The notes: a model not told the origin generated them from the sequence alone. A DNA stretch of 64,000 nucleotides from Bryobacter sp. (GCA_044340255.1 JBIITX010000001.1:132138-196137), one strand, 5' to 3'. Numbered from the stretch's first letter, positions 46,901 to 57,596 are shown. Numbers and translations are program-made.

Positions 46901-47364
46901 TGAACTGGATTGCTGGTAACTGGGACCTCAGTGGCATGGCTTTGTTTCAGAGCGGCATGCCGTTGCATATCACCCAAAACGGTGGAAACATTTGGGACGG
47001 CACACAGCGTCCGAACCTGATTGGCGACCCCAGCACGAGTGGTAGCGTACAGGACCGAATCAATACTTACTTCAACCCGGCGGCCTTCTCGCAGCCGGAC
47101 GTTGACAAGCCGGGGACGGCGCCGCGCACGCTGGGCTACCGTGGCCCTGGGATCTCGACGCTCGATGCTGCACTGCTCAAGAGTGTGATCGTGCGTGAAG
47201 GTCATCGGCTTGAGATTCGCATGGAAGCCACCAATTTCACGAACACCCCGATGTTTGGAGATCCGGCGACGGCTTTTGGTGCCGTGAACTTTGGACAGAT
47301 TACGGGGCTGCGTAGTGGAGTTGGGCCTCGCAATATGCAGTTTGGTCTGAAGTATTACTTCTAA
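43918..47364 (+). CDS. TonB-dependent receptor (Oar-like)
   Basis: VQEFKIQTN, TRSGTN.FHG, QDDWKVSRKLTINLGLRY, RNMQFGLKYYF. Confidence 0.93.
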   Translation: MKIHSTAKLAGAMALFAASIWAQSFTGGIRGVVADDSGALVGGAKIVVTDQDRGTSLRSEADSAGRYVITALPPGNYVLTAEAPGFKKFSSGKFVVAVQQQITIDARLQVGDVNTTVEVSGSAALVNTTIANLGQVIDNDTILKLPNLARNSLSLAYLTPGVVGSGGRRGDNNTNFVANGSRNSTSDVLVDGVTVTTVEQNSGVTDLKFSPSIDVVQEFKIQTNFFSAEFGQTGGAVVNMVTRSGTNAFHGTGYYFLRDAALNANDWFSNRAGRAIPAFHRDQYGGVLGGPVIKNKTFFFGAYEYTKQESPTSSLISVPTNLQRAGNFSQTFNAAGQLMQLFDPFATTTSANGTITRQPIPGNILPASSLDPVAVKALSFLPTSNQAGAAFTNTANWFGQGINQSTAHQSTVKMDHNFNANNRFSARWSNSRGNGQNPNLFGEGNPSYFTGGVNGTNTQSVVGDYTHVANATTLFTFRYGWTYSDFFRNPFFDSFDPTSLGFASNIKTNATNLVFPRFRPEGFQEFGTEGFWIMDREEGVHHWAGAMTKILGGHNIKVGGERRFNQLDYLQPGFPSGGYSFGRGITCLDRFTCPGNQGNGLATMLLGWTSGSDYHIEPKAFSRSAYWGFYFQDDWKVSRKLTINLGLRYDFDVPRWEVQDRYSYWDLNAQSSVRAPGYDTRGVIKFVDKDNRSPFDADMNNWQPRVGLAYAANSKTAIRAGYGLFYTLSRATVFGRPGTGFTINSPAIWTLDSNATLSARLNNPFPNGVLLPPGRSQGDDTFLGFGTGTIVRENNRNPEYHSWNFSIQRELPLRSVLELNYTGSRGTHLFMPITTLSPLHPNDWTRGRNALNGLVTNPFFGQIRDTRSVYSQPTVQLQRLLRPMPHFAGTSVGTAEPARGDSNYHALQIKWEKRYSSGLTFLGHYTWSKMIDNVSHTSGNVSWLGGSTNIQNIWDLRGERALSAHDIASRIVLTGAYELPFGNGRKFASRMPKVLNWIAGNWDLSGMALFQSGMPLHITQNGGNIWDGTQRPNLIGDPSTSGSVQDRINTYFNPAAFSQPDVDKPGTAPRTLGYRGPGISTLDAALLKSVIVREGHRLEIRMEATNFTNTPMFGDPATAFGAVNFGQITGLRSGVGPRNMQFGLKYYF

Positions 47365-47389
47365 TCTGAGATTCGGAGTGAAGACCTTC

Positions 47390-47429
47390 AATGCTTTCCG
47401 CCCTTCCGGGCGGGAGGCATTTGGTTTTT
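47390..47429 (+). terminator. Probable terminator between convergent TBDR and fasciclin genes
   Basis: AATGC..TCCGCCC-TTCC-GGGCGGG..GCATT followed by T-rich tail. Confidence 0.55.
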
Positions 47430-47466
47430 GTGGCTGTGGTGATGGGAGTTGAGAATCTGCGCAAAG

Positions 47467-47904
47467 CTATTTGGGCAGAATGACTGCATCGATCACGTGG
47501 ATGACGCCGTTGGAGGCGGCGATATCCGTTTTGGTGACGTTTGCGTTGTCGATCATGACGTGCCCGTTGGTTGTTTTGATGGCCACTTCGCGGCCTTCTA
47601 CCGTCTTCGCTTTGTGCAGCTTTACTACGTCGGCGGCCATGACCTTGCCGGAGACTACATGGCCGGTGAGGATGGTCTTGAGCTTGGCTTGGTTGGCAGG
47701 CTTCAGCAGATCGTCCAAGGTGCCCTTGGGGAGTTTGGCGAAGGCTTCGTCGGTCGGGGCGAAGACCGTGAAGGGACCGGGGCCCTTCAGCGTTTCTACG
47801 AGGCCGGCAGCCTTGACGGCGGCGACCAGCGTGTTGAACTTGCCGGCAATGGCAGTGTCGACGATGTCGACTAAAGCTACTGCGCGTTGGGTGGTTGATT
47901 GCAT
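47467..47904 (-). CDS. Fasciclin (FAS1) domain protein
   Basis: [38 protein letters not shown]. Confidence 0.95.
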   Translation of the reverse strand: MQSTTQRAVALVDIVDTAIAGKFNTLVAAVKAAGLVETLKGPGPFTVFAPTDEAFAKLPKGTLDDLLKPANQAKLKTILTGHVVSGKVMAADVVKLHKAKTVEGREVAIKTTNGHVMIDNANVTKTDIAASNGVIHVIDAVILPK

Positions 47905-48117
47905 GATTTACTTCTCTTTTCTAATTCGAGACTCATCCATGGTGGGCAGGTTGGATGCAGTCTCTTCAGAGAGGAGCAATTGGAGCACCAACTGAAGATT
48001 GGGAAGTAAAGAGGTGTTGGCGGGTTTTTGCGTTGACCTTATCCGGTTAGGTGGCGGTATGCGGTCGCCAGGCTTTGCGCTCTTGGCCGAGTTTTTCTGG
48101 AGATGTACTCTGTAATC

Positions 48118-49443
48118 ATGAAGCAAATCTTACTGCTTTTCTTGTTTCTGCCGAGTGCCTGGGCTTGCTCTTGTTCTAGCACCGTGACAGCCTGTACAAG
48201 CATTGGGGATTCGTCGGTTATTTTTGTGGCTGAGGTGATTGGCGACAGCGGAGAGGGCTGGGGCAAAGGTCCTGGGGAGGTCGTGATTGTTGAGCCGCTA
48301 CAGAACGTACCGGAAGGATTGAAAAGAGCCACGATTGAAACGGGTGCTGGTTCGAGTTGTTACCGGAGGCTGGTAGCTGGGGAGCGGTACGTCATCATAT
48401 CTGATGGCCCTCGTTTGAGCGTGTGGGGATGCAATCCATCCTTTCGGCTGCGAGGCAATGAACACATCCTTGAGGCGATGCGAGCCCCGTTTGCGAAGGG
48501 TTTGTCCAGCCTGGCGGGAAGGATTCTAAAGCGCACCGGAAATTTTGCTAGTGATGTCGCAATCCCAACCGCCAGAGTGGAACTGAAGAAAGGTGAATTG
48601 GTTCTCAATGCTATGACAGATCACGGCGGCCGGTTCCTGATTGACAAGCTGGAGCCTGGGGTATACCAATACCGGATCTTGAAGGATGGATATGTACCCG
48701 ACAGCAAGTTCAATGACTTTCCTCCTGGACTGCTCAGGACGAAGCCGGGAAGCAGCAAAATTGAGTACGAAAGGGATAGGCCTGGCGAAGTGGAAATCAG
48801 GCCGAAGTCCTGCTTGATTCGTGATTTTTCTATGTGGCCAGATGGAAGCGTTCGAGGCACTGTTCGGGGCTTGGACGGGAAGCCAATTGCGAGCTTGCCG
48901 GTGCAGGTGTTCGGATTTGATCGTCGAGGTGAGCTTGAGTCATCGCCGCTGCAGACGGCTACAACTGATAGTGAAGGGCAATATAAAGCGCAACCACTTC
49001 CTGCCGGAAGATACATCGTTGGAGTCAACGCCCGTCCTTACGATGACGACAATGCTTATCCCGCAACACTGCATGCTAATGGCCGGCCGATCCATCTGAT
49101 GGAGTCAGAGTCTGTTACAGGGATCGACCTTACCGTGCCTGCGGCGAGAACGCCTGCCCAGTTGCATGTGAAAGCTCTTGGGCCGGATGGATCGCCTTTC
49201 CAGGGCGCAAGGGTTGTTTTGGAAACTGTAGCTGGAGTACAACGCTGGTCCACGGGGGAGAAGACTAATGAGCAAGGAGAAATCATTGCACCCGCCTACG
49301 TTGGGCAACGTTACAATGTGAAGCTCTCCCACATCTATTCGGAAGGTGGAAAAATACGGGAACTTGTTGGTAGTGCTGTTGTCGATGTGGCTGACCGGAA
49401 AGCTGATGTGAGCGTTGTAATGCGACTCAAGGAGGGTAAGTAG
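48118..49443 (+). CDS. Secreted protein: CxC (TIMP/NTR-like) N-domain + carboxypeptidase-regulatory-like repeats
   Basis: Signal peptide ending AWA then CSC; VIFVAEV, CY..L..GERYVI; TTDSEGQY....LPAGRY. Confidence 0.6.
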   Translation: MKQILLLFLFLPSAWACSCSSTVTACTSIGDSSVIFVAEVIGDSGEGWGKGPGEVVIVEPLQNVPEGLKRATIETGAGSSCYRRLVAGERYVIISDGPRLSVWGCNPSFRLRGNEHILEAMRAPFAKGLSSLAGRILKRTGNFASDVAIPTARVELKKGELVLNAMTDHGGRFLIDKLEPGVYQYRILKDGYVPDSKFNDFPPGLLRTKPGSSKIEYERDRPGEVEIRPKSCLIRDFSMWPDGSVRGTVRGLDGKPIASLPVQVFGFDRRGELESSPLQTATTDSEGQYKAQPLPAGRYIVGVNARPYDDDNAYPATLHANGRPIHLMESESVTGIDLTVPAARTPAQLHVKALGPDGSPFQGARVVLETVAGVQRWSTGEKTNEQGEIIAPAYVGQRYNVKLSHIYSEGGKIRELVGSAVVDVADRKADVSVVMRLKEGK

Positions 49444-49477
49444 CGTCGGTCTTGTTTGGCGAATTTGGCTGTAATGG

Positions 49478-50188
49478 TCAGGCTTTGCGGCGGTTATAGT
49501 AGTCGCGGGTGAGTTCGAGGAGGGTTCGCTCGCCTTTGTTGGCGGTGAGGCCGGCGATGACGCCTTCGCGGTCTTTTTCGGTGCGTTCGTGGCCTAGTTT
49601 GAATTTGGCTTCGACCGATTCGATTTTCATTTCGTAGGGGACGATGCCCTGGCGCATGCCTTTGAGATAGCTCTCGGGGAGCTTGCTGTAATCCCAGGTG
49701 TCGCCGCCGCCGTATTGGCCTTCGTTCTTGTTGACTAGCCTGGTGAGGTTGCCGGCGAAGGCTTTGTCGTCGTCGATGCGGGTCGGTGTGCCTTTGACAT
49801 GAACCACGGCGAAGTTCCAGGTGGGGACGGCGTTTTTGGTGGTGTACCAATTGGGCGAGATGTAGCCGTGGGGGCCGTGGAAGACTACGAGAGCTTCTTC
49901 GGTGCCGTCGAGCGAGTTGTTCTGCGGGTTTGATTTGGCCAGATGCCACCAGATGCTGCCCCAGCCGTTTGCGTCGCGGTTGAACAGGGTGGGAACGTTG
50001 GTGACCCTTATGCCGCCCTTGGAGGTGATGATCATGGCGAAGGCGAATTCTTCCATGAAATCGATCAGGAAGGGGCGGTCCTTTTCGGCGTGACGCTCGG
50101 GGATGTAGATGGTATCTGCGGCGGAGGCCTCTTCGTCCATGGCCAGCATGGCGGAGAGGCCGATCAGAAAGTCGCGACGCTCAGGCAT
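49478..50188 (-). CDS. PaiB-like FMN-binding protein
   Basis: YIPERH, FHGPHGYISPNWY, VPTWNFAVVH, KFKLG. Confidence 0.88.
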   Translation of the reverse strand: MPERRDFLIGLSAMLAMDEEASAADTIYIPERHAEKDRPFLIDFMEEFAFAMIITSKGGIRVTNVPTLFNRDANGWGSIWWHLAKSNPQNNSLDGTEEALVVFHGPHGYISPNWYTTKNAVPTWNFAVVHVKGTPTRIDDDKAFAGNLTRLVNKNEGQYGGGDTWDYSKLPESYLKGMRQGIVPYEMKIESVEAKFKLGHERTEKDREGVIAGLTANKGERTLLELTRDYYNRRKA

Positions 50189-50205
50189 TTCTCTAGGAGA
50201 ACATA

Positions 50206-52566
50206 CTAGAAGCGCCAGTCGAGGCCGATGGTGGGGAAGAGGCCGATTTGCTCGTTGACCGAGGAGGTGTTGAGGCGGCGATTCCAGGTGAAGCCGGCGA
50301 CGTTCTTGCGGTTGGTGATGTTTTGGGCACCGATGAAGAAGAGGACGGGTTTGCCTTTGATGGTGAAGCGACGGTCGGCGCGGAGGTCGAGGCGGAAGTA
50401 GTCGGGGAGGCGCTCGGCGTTGACGCGGTTGAGGTCGAAGATGGCGCGGCTTTGCTGGGTGGACAGGGTGGTGTCGAAGGGCGTGAAGGGGCGGCCGGAG
50501 AGGTAGGAGGCGCGTACGGAAAGTTCCCACTGTTTGGTGAGGCGGTAGCCGCCGGTGAAGTTGGCGATGCGGTTGTAGTCGAAGCTGGAGGGGCGCTGGA
50601 CGCCGTCGAGGCCGGCTTGGAGGGATTTGGAAATACTGATATTGGCGATGGCGAACCACTTTTCGCCGAAGCGCTTTTCGGTATAAATTTCGACACCCTG
50701 GGCCGAGCCGCGACCGGCGCTCTCGAGCGGGAAGAGGATGGTGCGGACGGCGAAGGTGTCGCCGAGATTGGCCAGCGAGAGGGAGGGGAACTGGCTTGCT
50801 ACGGGGTAGTCTTTGTAGTTCTTGCGATAGCCTTCGACGGTGAAGAGCACACCGCCCTTGAGGCGGTAGCTGAGGCCGGCGACATAGTGATCGGCGCGGA
50901 AGGGTAGGGTGTTCTGATTTTGCGGAAAGACGGCGAGGAAGAGCAGGGCGGGCTGCTGGAAGTATTGGCCGTAGCTGGCGCGGAGTTGCATGCGCTGGGT
51001 GAGGCGGTAGCTGAGTGAGGCGCGGGGGCTGAAGCGGTTGCGGCTGATGAAACCGTAATTGTCCCAACGGCCGCCGATGGTGTAGTTGAAGCGCCTTTTG
51101 AAGTCGCCAGTGATTTGGGTGTAGCCGCTGGACTGGGAAGTGCGGAACTGCCGGTCGAGAGAGAAGGGGTTTAGATTCGGGCGGACGGAGAAGGGAGAGT
51201 CATCGCCGAAGGGGGATTGGGAATTGTAGCTGACGCCGAAGGACTTGAAGTTGCCACCGGCCTGGAGCTTGAGGGATTCACCCATGTAGCGGGTGTAATC
51301 GTACTTGATGGTGGTTTCGCCTTCGCGGGAGTTCTCGCTGTAGAGCTGGCGGCTGCGCGCGATGAGGTCGTCGAGGTTGCCGGTGAGGGGGATGTTTCTG
51401 GTGGTGCTGAGGAGGTCGCGAACGGAGGAGGTGACGCGGGCGGCTGAGTAGGTGACGCCGAGGAGGCCGACGGCGCGGTCGTTGAAGACGTGCTGCCAGT
51501 TGAGGCCGGTGGCAGCGCGGCGGCCACGATAGCGGATGTCGAAATTGGTGACTTCTTCCTGGCGGTCTTCGGCGGTTTGGCCATCGCGGGCACCGAGTCG
51601 AATGTTGTCGACGCCGGTGAGGTTGACGAGCCAGACACGGTCGCGCGAGGTGAGGTCATAGAGGAGCTTGGTGTTGAAGGTGTAAGCGACGGGGACGCCG
51701 CCGAAGCCGACGTCTTTTGTGAAGAGATCGAGAAAGGTGCGGCGGAAGCTGGTGACAAAGCTGCCCTTTTTGGACTTGCCGAGGGGGCCTTCGAAGATGA
51801 GGCCAGCACCGGCGAAGCCGAGGGTGGCGCGGCCACCGTATTTGTCGCGATCGCCTTCGCGCTGGGTGACCTGGAGGACGGAGCTGGCGCGGTTGATGAA
51901 GGGGGCGGGGAAGCCGCCGGTCAGAAAAGTGACGTCCTGGAGGAGGTTGGCGTCGAGGATGCTGATGGTGCCGCCGGCGGAAGCAAAGTTGGCGAAGGAG
52001 TTGATGTTGGGGACTTCGATGTTGTCGACAATGAAAAGGTTCTCGAGCGGGGAACCGCCGCGGACGATGATGTCGTTGCGGAAGTCATCGGAGCCGATGG
52101 CAACACCGGGAAGGACCTGGACAAAGCGGGAGACGTCCTGGAGGGAGCCGGCATTCTTGAAGACATCCTGGCCGGTGACGACATAGGCGGAGGTTTTGAT
52201 TTCTTCGGGGGCTACGAGAGCGGATTCTGTGACGGTGAGGGATTGGGTATTGGTCTCGATGGCGGGGAGGGTGATCTCGATGCGGTCTTCGATGCCAGCG
52301 CGGACCTGAATGGGATTGGCCTTGAGTTCGATCTTGTCGCTCTTGACGTTGACCGTATAGGAATCGGGGCGGAGACCGGTGAAGCGGAAGCGGCCTTGGG
52401 AGTCAGATTTGGTGCAAGTGGTAGTACCGAGGAGGCAGAGATCTACTCCGGATTGCGGCTGTTTGGATGCGTTGAAGACGGTACCGCTGAGTGCGCCGAC
52501 GCCAGCGGTGTCCTGAGAAAAGAGCAGGTGTGCAGTGACAATAAAAAGTAAGGCTACACACTTCAC
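50206..52566 (-). CDS. TonB-dependent receptor
   Basis: NDIIVRGGSPLENLFIVDNIE, GGFPA...SSVL, RLPDYFRLDLR, C-terminal LDWRF. Confidence 0.9.
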   Translation of the reverse strand: MKCVALLFIVTAHLLFSQDTAGVGALSGTVFNASKQPQSGVDLCLLGTTTCTKSDSQGRFRFTGLRPDSYTVNVKSDKIELKANPIQVRAGIEDRIEITLPAIETNTQSLTVTESALVAPEEIKTSAYVVTGQDVFKNAGSLQDVSRFVQVLPGVAIGSDDFRNDIIVRGGSPLENLFIVDNIEVPNINSFANFASAGGTISILDANLLQDVTFLTGGFPAPFINRASSVLQVTQREGDRDKYGGRATLGFAGAGLIFEGPLGKSKKGSFVTSFRRTFLDLFTKDVGFGGVPVAYTFNTKLLYDLTSRDRVWLVNLTGVDNIRLGARDGQTAEDRQEEVTNFDIRYRGRRAATGLNWQHVFNDRAVGLLGVTYSAARVTSSVRDLLSTTRNIPLTGNLDDLIARSRQLYSENSREGETTIKYDYTRYMGESLKLQAGGNFKSFGVSYNSQSPFGDDSPFSVRPNLNPFSLDRQFRTSQSSGYTQITGDFKRRFNYTIGGRWDNYGFISRNRFSPRASLSYRLTQRMQLRASYGQYFQQPALLFLAVFPQNQNTLPFRADHYVAGLSYRLKGGVLFTVEGYRKNYKDYPVASQFPSLSLANLGDTFAVRTILFPLESAGRGSAQGVEIYTEKRFGEKWFAIANISISKSLQAGLDGVQRPSSFDYNRIANFTGGYRLTKQWELSVRASYLSGRPFTPFDTTLSTQQSRAIFDLNRVNAERLPDYFRLDLRADRRFTIKGKPVLFFIGAQNITNRKNVAGFTWNRRLNTSSVNEQIGLFPTIGLDWRF

Positions 52567-52623
52567 TTTTTATTGATGCACACCTGCTCTAGACAGATGC
52601 AAATGTTGTGACCTGAGAACTGA

Positions 52624-55600
52624 TTAGAACTGCAGTTTCAGAGCGAACTGGACAAAGCGGGGATCGAGAGTTGCCCCGACACGACCGAAATTTGCGCTGG
52701 CCAGATTGACTTCGGGCTGGGCGAAATTGGTTTTGTTGAAGAAGTTGTAGAACTCGCTGCGGAACTGCAGGCGAGCCCCTTCATTGATGAAGCGCATGGC
52801 GAAGCTCTTGGAGAGAACGAAGTCGGTCTGGTAGAGCGGGAAGCCGTAGGCGACGTTACGACCGAGGTTGCCGAAGGGGGCAGTGACGGGCGGAACGGCG
52901 AGGTTGGCGCGGTTGAAGTAGTTGTTGAAGTTGCGCTCGGATTCGGGAGCGAGAACACCAATCGAACCGTTGATGACGTTGGGGCGGAGAGCGACGTTGC
53001 CGAGGAAGTCCGGCTGGCCATCGGAGAGGATACCGGAGGGGTCCGGGTAGCGCAGGTTGAGCGGGAGACCGCTTTGGGAATTTACGATCGCACTGGCCTG
53101 CCAGCCACCGAGGATGGCATCGAGGGCACCGTTGATGTCACGACCGAATTTGCGGCCTTTGCCGAAGGGGAGGTCGACCACGAAGCTGGTGGTGTTGTTC
53201 CAGCGTTGGTCGAAGGAAGAGGCACCCTTGTCGTTAGCGACGTTGCGGATGTCCTGCGGATTGGGGCTGCCACCGACGGTACCTTCGAGGACCTGGCCGA
53301 CGGTGTCAATGGCTTTGCCGTAGGTGAAGGAGTTGAGGAAGGTGATCCAGTTGCCGCGGTGCTCGAACTTCAACTGGAAGGAGTTGTAGTTGGAGAACGC
53401 CGAGGGGACGACGGCGGTGATGTTACCGAAGCCCTGGATGGGACGGCGGGCGAGGAGGGTCCCGATGGTGGTGAGACCCTGGGACAGCTCAGCCTGGGTG
53501 ATGGGACGGGCCTGGTTGAAGTCGCCGAGCACCGGGAGATGGTCGGCACGGTTGCCGACGTAGGCGACATCAAGCAGGGTGTTCTTGAAGAGGTTGCGCT
53601 GGATGGTGAAGTGCCAGTTTTGCACGTAGCCCCAGGGCGTATTGCGATCCATGTAGAGGATGACGTTGGAGCCGGGGTTGACGGGGTAGCCTTGTTCGCG
53701 GGTGCGGAAGCAGTTGTTGAAATTATTGGCCGTGCAGAGATTGCCGAGCTGGGCCGGGCTGTTCTGGGCCGAGAAGCGAGTGACGAAAGGAGCGTTGGTG
53801 CTGAGGTATTCGGCGGAAGCCATGCGGTTCCAGTAGTTCCAGCCGAAGCCGTAGCCGCCGCGGAGGACGGTCTTGGAGTTGAGCTGGTAGGCGGCACCGA
53901 GGCGGGGGGCGAAGTTGTTCCAGGTTTGGCGCTGGAGGGTGCGGTTAGAGATGCCGCCACCGGAGGCCTGGATGAGGCGGTTCTGGGTGGGGTCGAAGTT
54001 GGAGAGGCGATTGTCGGCGTCGTAGGCAGGGGTGGTCATTTCATAGCGGAGACCCATGTTGAGGGTGAGCTTGTTGTTGACCTTAAAGTCGTCCTGCAAA
54101 TAGAACCAGTGAGCCTGCTGGCGCACCTTGGCTTGCACCTGGGTGGCGAGCTGGTAGGAGGAGCGAGCGCCGAAGTAGAAGTCGGCCAGGGAGTGCACTG
54201 TGTTGGCGTTGCCACCGGCGAGAGCGCCGAGGTTCTGACCGGGGAGGCGGGAATAGAAGCCACCATAGCCATCGATGCCATAGAGAGGGTTGGTGTCATC
54301 GACGAGGATGTTCATGAAGAGCAGCTCGTAGCCCATCTTGAGATTGTGGCGATTGACGATCTTGGACAGGTTCATGCGGGAATTGATGGTGGTGGGGAAC
54401 TGCGCCTGGGGGTTGGTGGACTGGCGGCCGAAGCGGGGGAAGCCCTGGATGTCCTGCGGGGTGATGCCACCCTGGATGCGCGGACCTTCAGGGAGGCCAG
54501 TGATGCCGAAGAGTTCTCGCATGGAGGGGCCACCGACGGCGGCGGGGAGACGATCCATACCGAGGCGGGTGACAGCGAAGCGATACTCGATGACTTCGGA
54601 GGCGGATTTGGTCCAGGTAAGGCCAGCGATGCCTTGCTGGTTGAAGGTGTCTCGAGGTTGCCGAGGTTGTTGCCACCGGCAAAGCCTGTGATGAGGCCGG
54701 GGGCTACGATGTTCTGGCGACGCTGGGCGAAGCGGAAGAAGCTGTTGAGGTTGTTGGAGATTTTGTGGTCGACCTTGATGGCACCTTTGTTGTCGGTGAG
54801 CCTATTGCTGTCGAAGCCACCGAAGTTGGTGCCAATGCTGAGTGCGCCGCCACCGGCGCGATTGGCCTGGGGAAGTTCGGCCAGAACGCGGCGGGCAAAG
54901 CGGGTCATGGGGATGGTGGAGCCAGCAGGGAAGACGGTGCCGGCCGGGATCGAGCGACCGGTGTCGTCGGTAAAGGTAAAGGGTGCCCGGACGTCGAGGG
55001 GAAGAATACCGCGACGCATGTCAGTGCTGGGTACGGAAGTGAGTGCGAAGGGAGCGATGGACCAGCGGGAGCCTTCGTAGTCGGCAAAGAAGAAGGTACG
55101 GTCTTTGATGATAGGACCACCGACAGCGGCACCGAACTGATTGCGCTTGTTGATGGGCTTCTGATTGAGAGTGGGCTTGAAGAAGCCGGTGGCGTTGAGC
55201 TTTTCGTTTTGGAGGAATTCCCAGACGGCGCCGTGGAAGGAGTTGGTGCCGGACTTGGAGGCGACGTTCATCACAGCGCCACCGCTACGGCCGAATTCGG
55301 CGGAGTAGGCATTGACGATGAGACGGAACTCGGCGACTGAATCTGGAGAAGGCTGAGTGGCCTGGTTGGAGAAGCCCTGGTTGGTGGTGCCGTAGAAGTT
55401 GTTGTCGACGCCGTCGAGGAGGAAGTTGTTCCAGACGCTGCGGAGGCCATTGACATTGTAGGAGCCTTCGCGACGGAAGGCGATGGAGCCTTGATTGCCG
55501 GATTGTGACTGGCGGACGCCGGGGGAGAGAAGCGCGAGGTTGGCGTAGCTACGGCCCTGCAGGGGGAGCTCGACGACCTGCTTTGCGGCAATGACCTGGC

Positions 55601-55985
55601 CCTTGGAGGAGCTGTCGGTTTCGAGCAGGGGAGTGGCTGCTTCGACATTGACGACTTCAGCGACAGTGCCGACGCGGAGGGAGAGATCGACGCGTTGGCG
55701 GGCATTGACGGTGAGGCTGATGTTGTCGGCGGCGGCGGTGGTGAAGCCCTGCATTTCTGCGGTGAGTTTGTAGTTGCCGATACGGACGGTGGGGAAGCTG
55801 AAGTCGCCGGAATCGGTGGAAGTGGTGGTCTGGGTGATGCCGGTGTCGTTGTTGCGGAGTACAACCTTGGCCCCAGAAATTGCCCCTCCTTTTTCGTCGC
55901 GGACGGAGCCGACGACGGCGGCAGAGTCAAATTGGGCCAGGGCGTAAAGCGCTGACAGTAATAGAGTTGTAATAAATCTAGACAT
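52624..55985 (-). pseudogene. TonB-dependent receptor split by a frameshift near 54650 (or sequencing error)
   Basis: ORFs 54372-56060 and 52624-54558 join: ...GGNNLGNL then, in a shifted frame, TFNQQGIAGLTWTKSASEVIEYRFAVTRLGMDRLP. Confidence 0.82.
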
Positions 55986-56105
55986 AAAGCTACTTCTTTC
56001 AAGACTCGCAAGTGAATAATGCAGCAAGGTCAAGTTTGTATGAATATTTGATGAATCCATTGCCGTGGACCCCCCTGATTTGGTCCACTGCTAGAGGTAG
56101 CTCAA

Positions 56106-57587
56106 GTGGAACTATTTGGCGAGCCGGTTGCGTTGTCGACGGCAATACTCTTATTGACAGCGTTGGCCTTAGCGTTGGGATTTGAAATGGTGAACGGCTT
56201 TCACGATACTGCGAATGCCGTGGCGACCGTCATTTATACGAACACGTTAAAGCCGAATGTGGCTGTAGTATGGTCCGGGGTTTGGAATTTAATTGGGGTG
56301 TTGGCGAGTTCTGGAGCCGTGGCGTTTGGGGTGGTGGCGTTGTTGCCAGTTGAGCTTGTTTTGAATGTTGGGTCGGCGGCAGGGATGGCGATGGTGTTCT
56401 CTTTGCTGGTTTCGGCCATCCTCTGGAATTTGGGGACCTGGTATTTTGGCTTGCCGGCTTCGAGTTCGCATACGCTGATCGGGTCAATTCTTGGTGTTGG
56501 GCTGGCGCACTCGGTGATGAATTCTGAGGTGTTTGGACGCGGGGTGAATTGGAGCAAGGTGCAGGAAGTATTTGGCAGCCTGATGGTTTCGCCTTTGATT
56601 GGGTTTGGTGCTGCAGCATTGTTATTGTTGCTGTGCAAGGCGCTGATCAAGAACCCGGCCCTTTATGAAGCCCCGAAAGATGGACAGCCGCCACCGTGGT
56701 GGATTCGCGGGATTTTGATCTTTACCTGCACTGGGGTTAGCTTTGCACATGGTTCGAACGATGGTCAGAAGGGCATGGGCTTGTTGATGCTGATTCTGAT
56801 TGGGGTGATTCCGGCTTCGTTTGCTTTGAATGAGGGTGCGAATGAGAAGGATATGCTGGCGTTGCGGAGTGCAGGGGTGGAAGTGAATCAGCGGTTGGAC
56901 AGCGGCTATCCGAGAGTTAGCATGACTGCTGCTGAAGCTGCACTGGAATTGTCGAACTATCTGAAGCCGAATGTTTCGCCGACGAAGGAAACTGGGGCGG
57001 CGGTATTGATGCTGAACCAGGATGTGATGGGCCGACTTGAGGGCATGAAGCGGTTGAGCGATGTGCCGAGGGCAGCGCGGACCAAATTGCGCAGCGATAT
57101 GTATCTGGTGGATGAAGCGCTGGGCAAGATGGTGAAGCAAAACAAGCAGATGCCGGCGGATATGAAGGCTGCTGCCGGGCGATATAAGAAGGAACTGGAC
57201 AAGAGTACTCGATTTATTCCGCTTTGGGTGAAGGTAGCGGTGGCGCTTGCTTTGGGTATTGGAACGATGGTGGGGTGGAAGCGGATTGTGGTGACGGTGG
57301 GTGAGAAGATTGGGAAAGACCATTTGACGTATGCGCAGGGTGCGAGTGCGGAACTGGTGGCGATGGTGACGATTGGAGCGGCCGATCAATTGGGGTTGCC
57401 GGTGAGTACAACGCATGTGCTGACGAGCGGTGTGGCGGGTACGATGGCAGCCAACAAGAGCGGTGTGCAAATGAAGACGGTGCGCAATATGTTGCTGGCC
57501 TGGGTATTGACGTTGCCGGTTTGCGTGTTTTTAGGTGCAGCGTTTTTTGGGGCCGGGTTGTATGCAGTGTCGCGGCTGGGGCTGTAA
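56106..57587 (+). CDS. Inorganic phosphate transporter (PiT family)
   Basis: NGFHDTANAVAT, GLPASSSH, HGSNDGQK, GLPVSTTH. Confidence 0.95.
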   Translation: MELFGEPVALSTAILLLTALALALGFEMVNGFHDTANAVATVIYTNTLKPNVAVVWSGVWNLIGVLASSGAVAFGVVALLPVELVLNVGSAAGMAMVFSLLVSAILWNLGTWYFGLPASSSHTLIGSILGVGLAHSVMNSEVFGRGVNWSKVQEVFGSLMVSPLIGFGAAALLLLLCKALIKNPALYEAPKDGQPPPWWIRGILIFTCTGVSFAHGSNDGQKGMGLLMLILIGVIPASFALNEGANEKDMLALRSAGVEVNQRLDSGYPRVSMTAAEAALELSNYLKPNVSPTKETGAAVLMLNQDVMGRLEGMKRLSDVPRAARTKLRSDMYLVDEALGKMVKQNKQMPADMKAAAGRYKKELDKSTRFIPLWVKVAVALALGIGTMVGWKRIVVTVGEKIGKDHLTYAQGASAELVAMVTIGAADQLGLPVSTTHVLTSGVAGTMAANKSGVQMKTVRNMLLAWVLTLPVCVFLGAAFFGAGLYAVSRLGL

Positions 57588-57596
57588 GCTAGAGGC

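Noticed and set aside
50189-51067. 529-aa ORF 49478-51067 as one protein
   Set aside because: The upstream part is an alternate frame of the TBDR gene; the PaiB-like protein starts at 50188.
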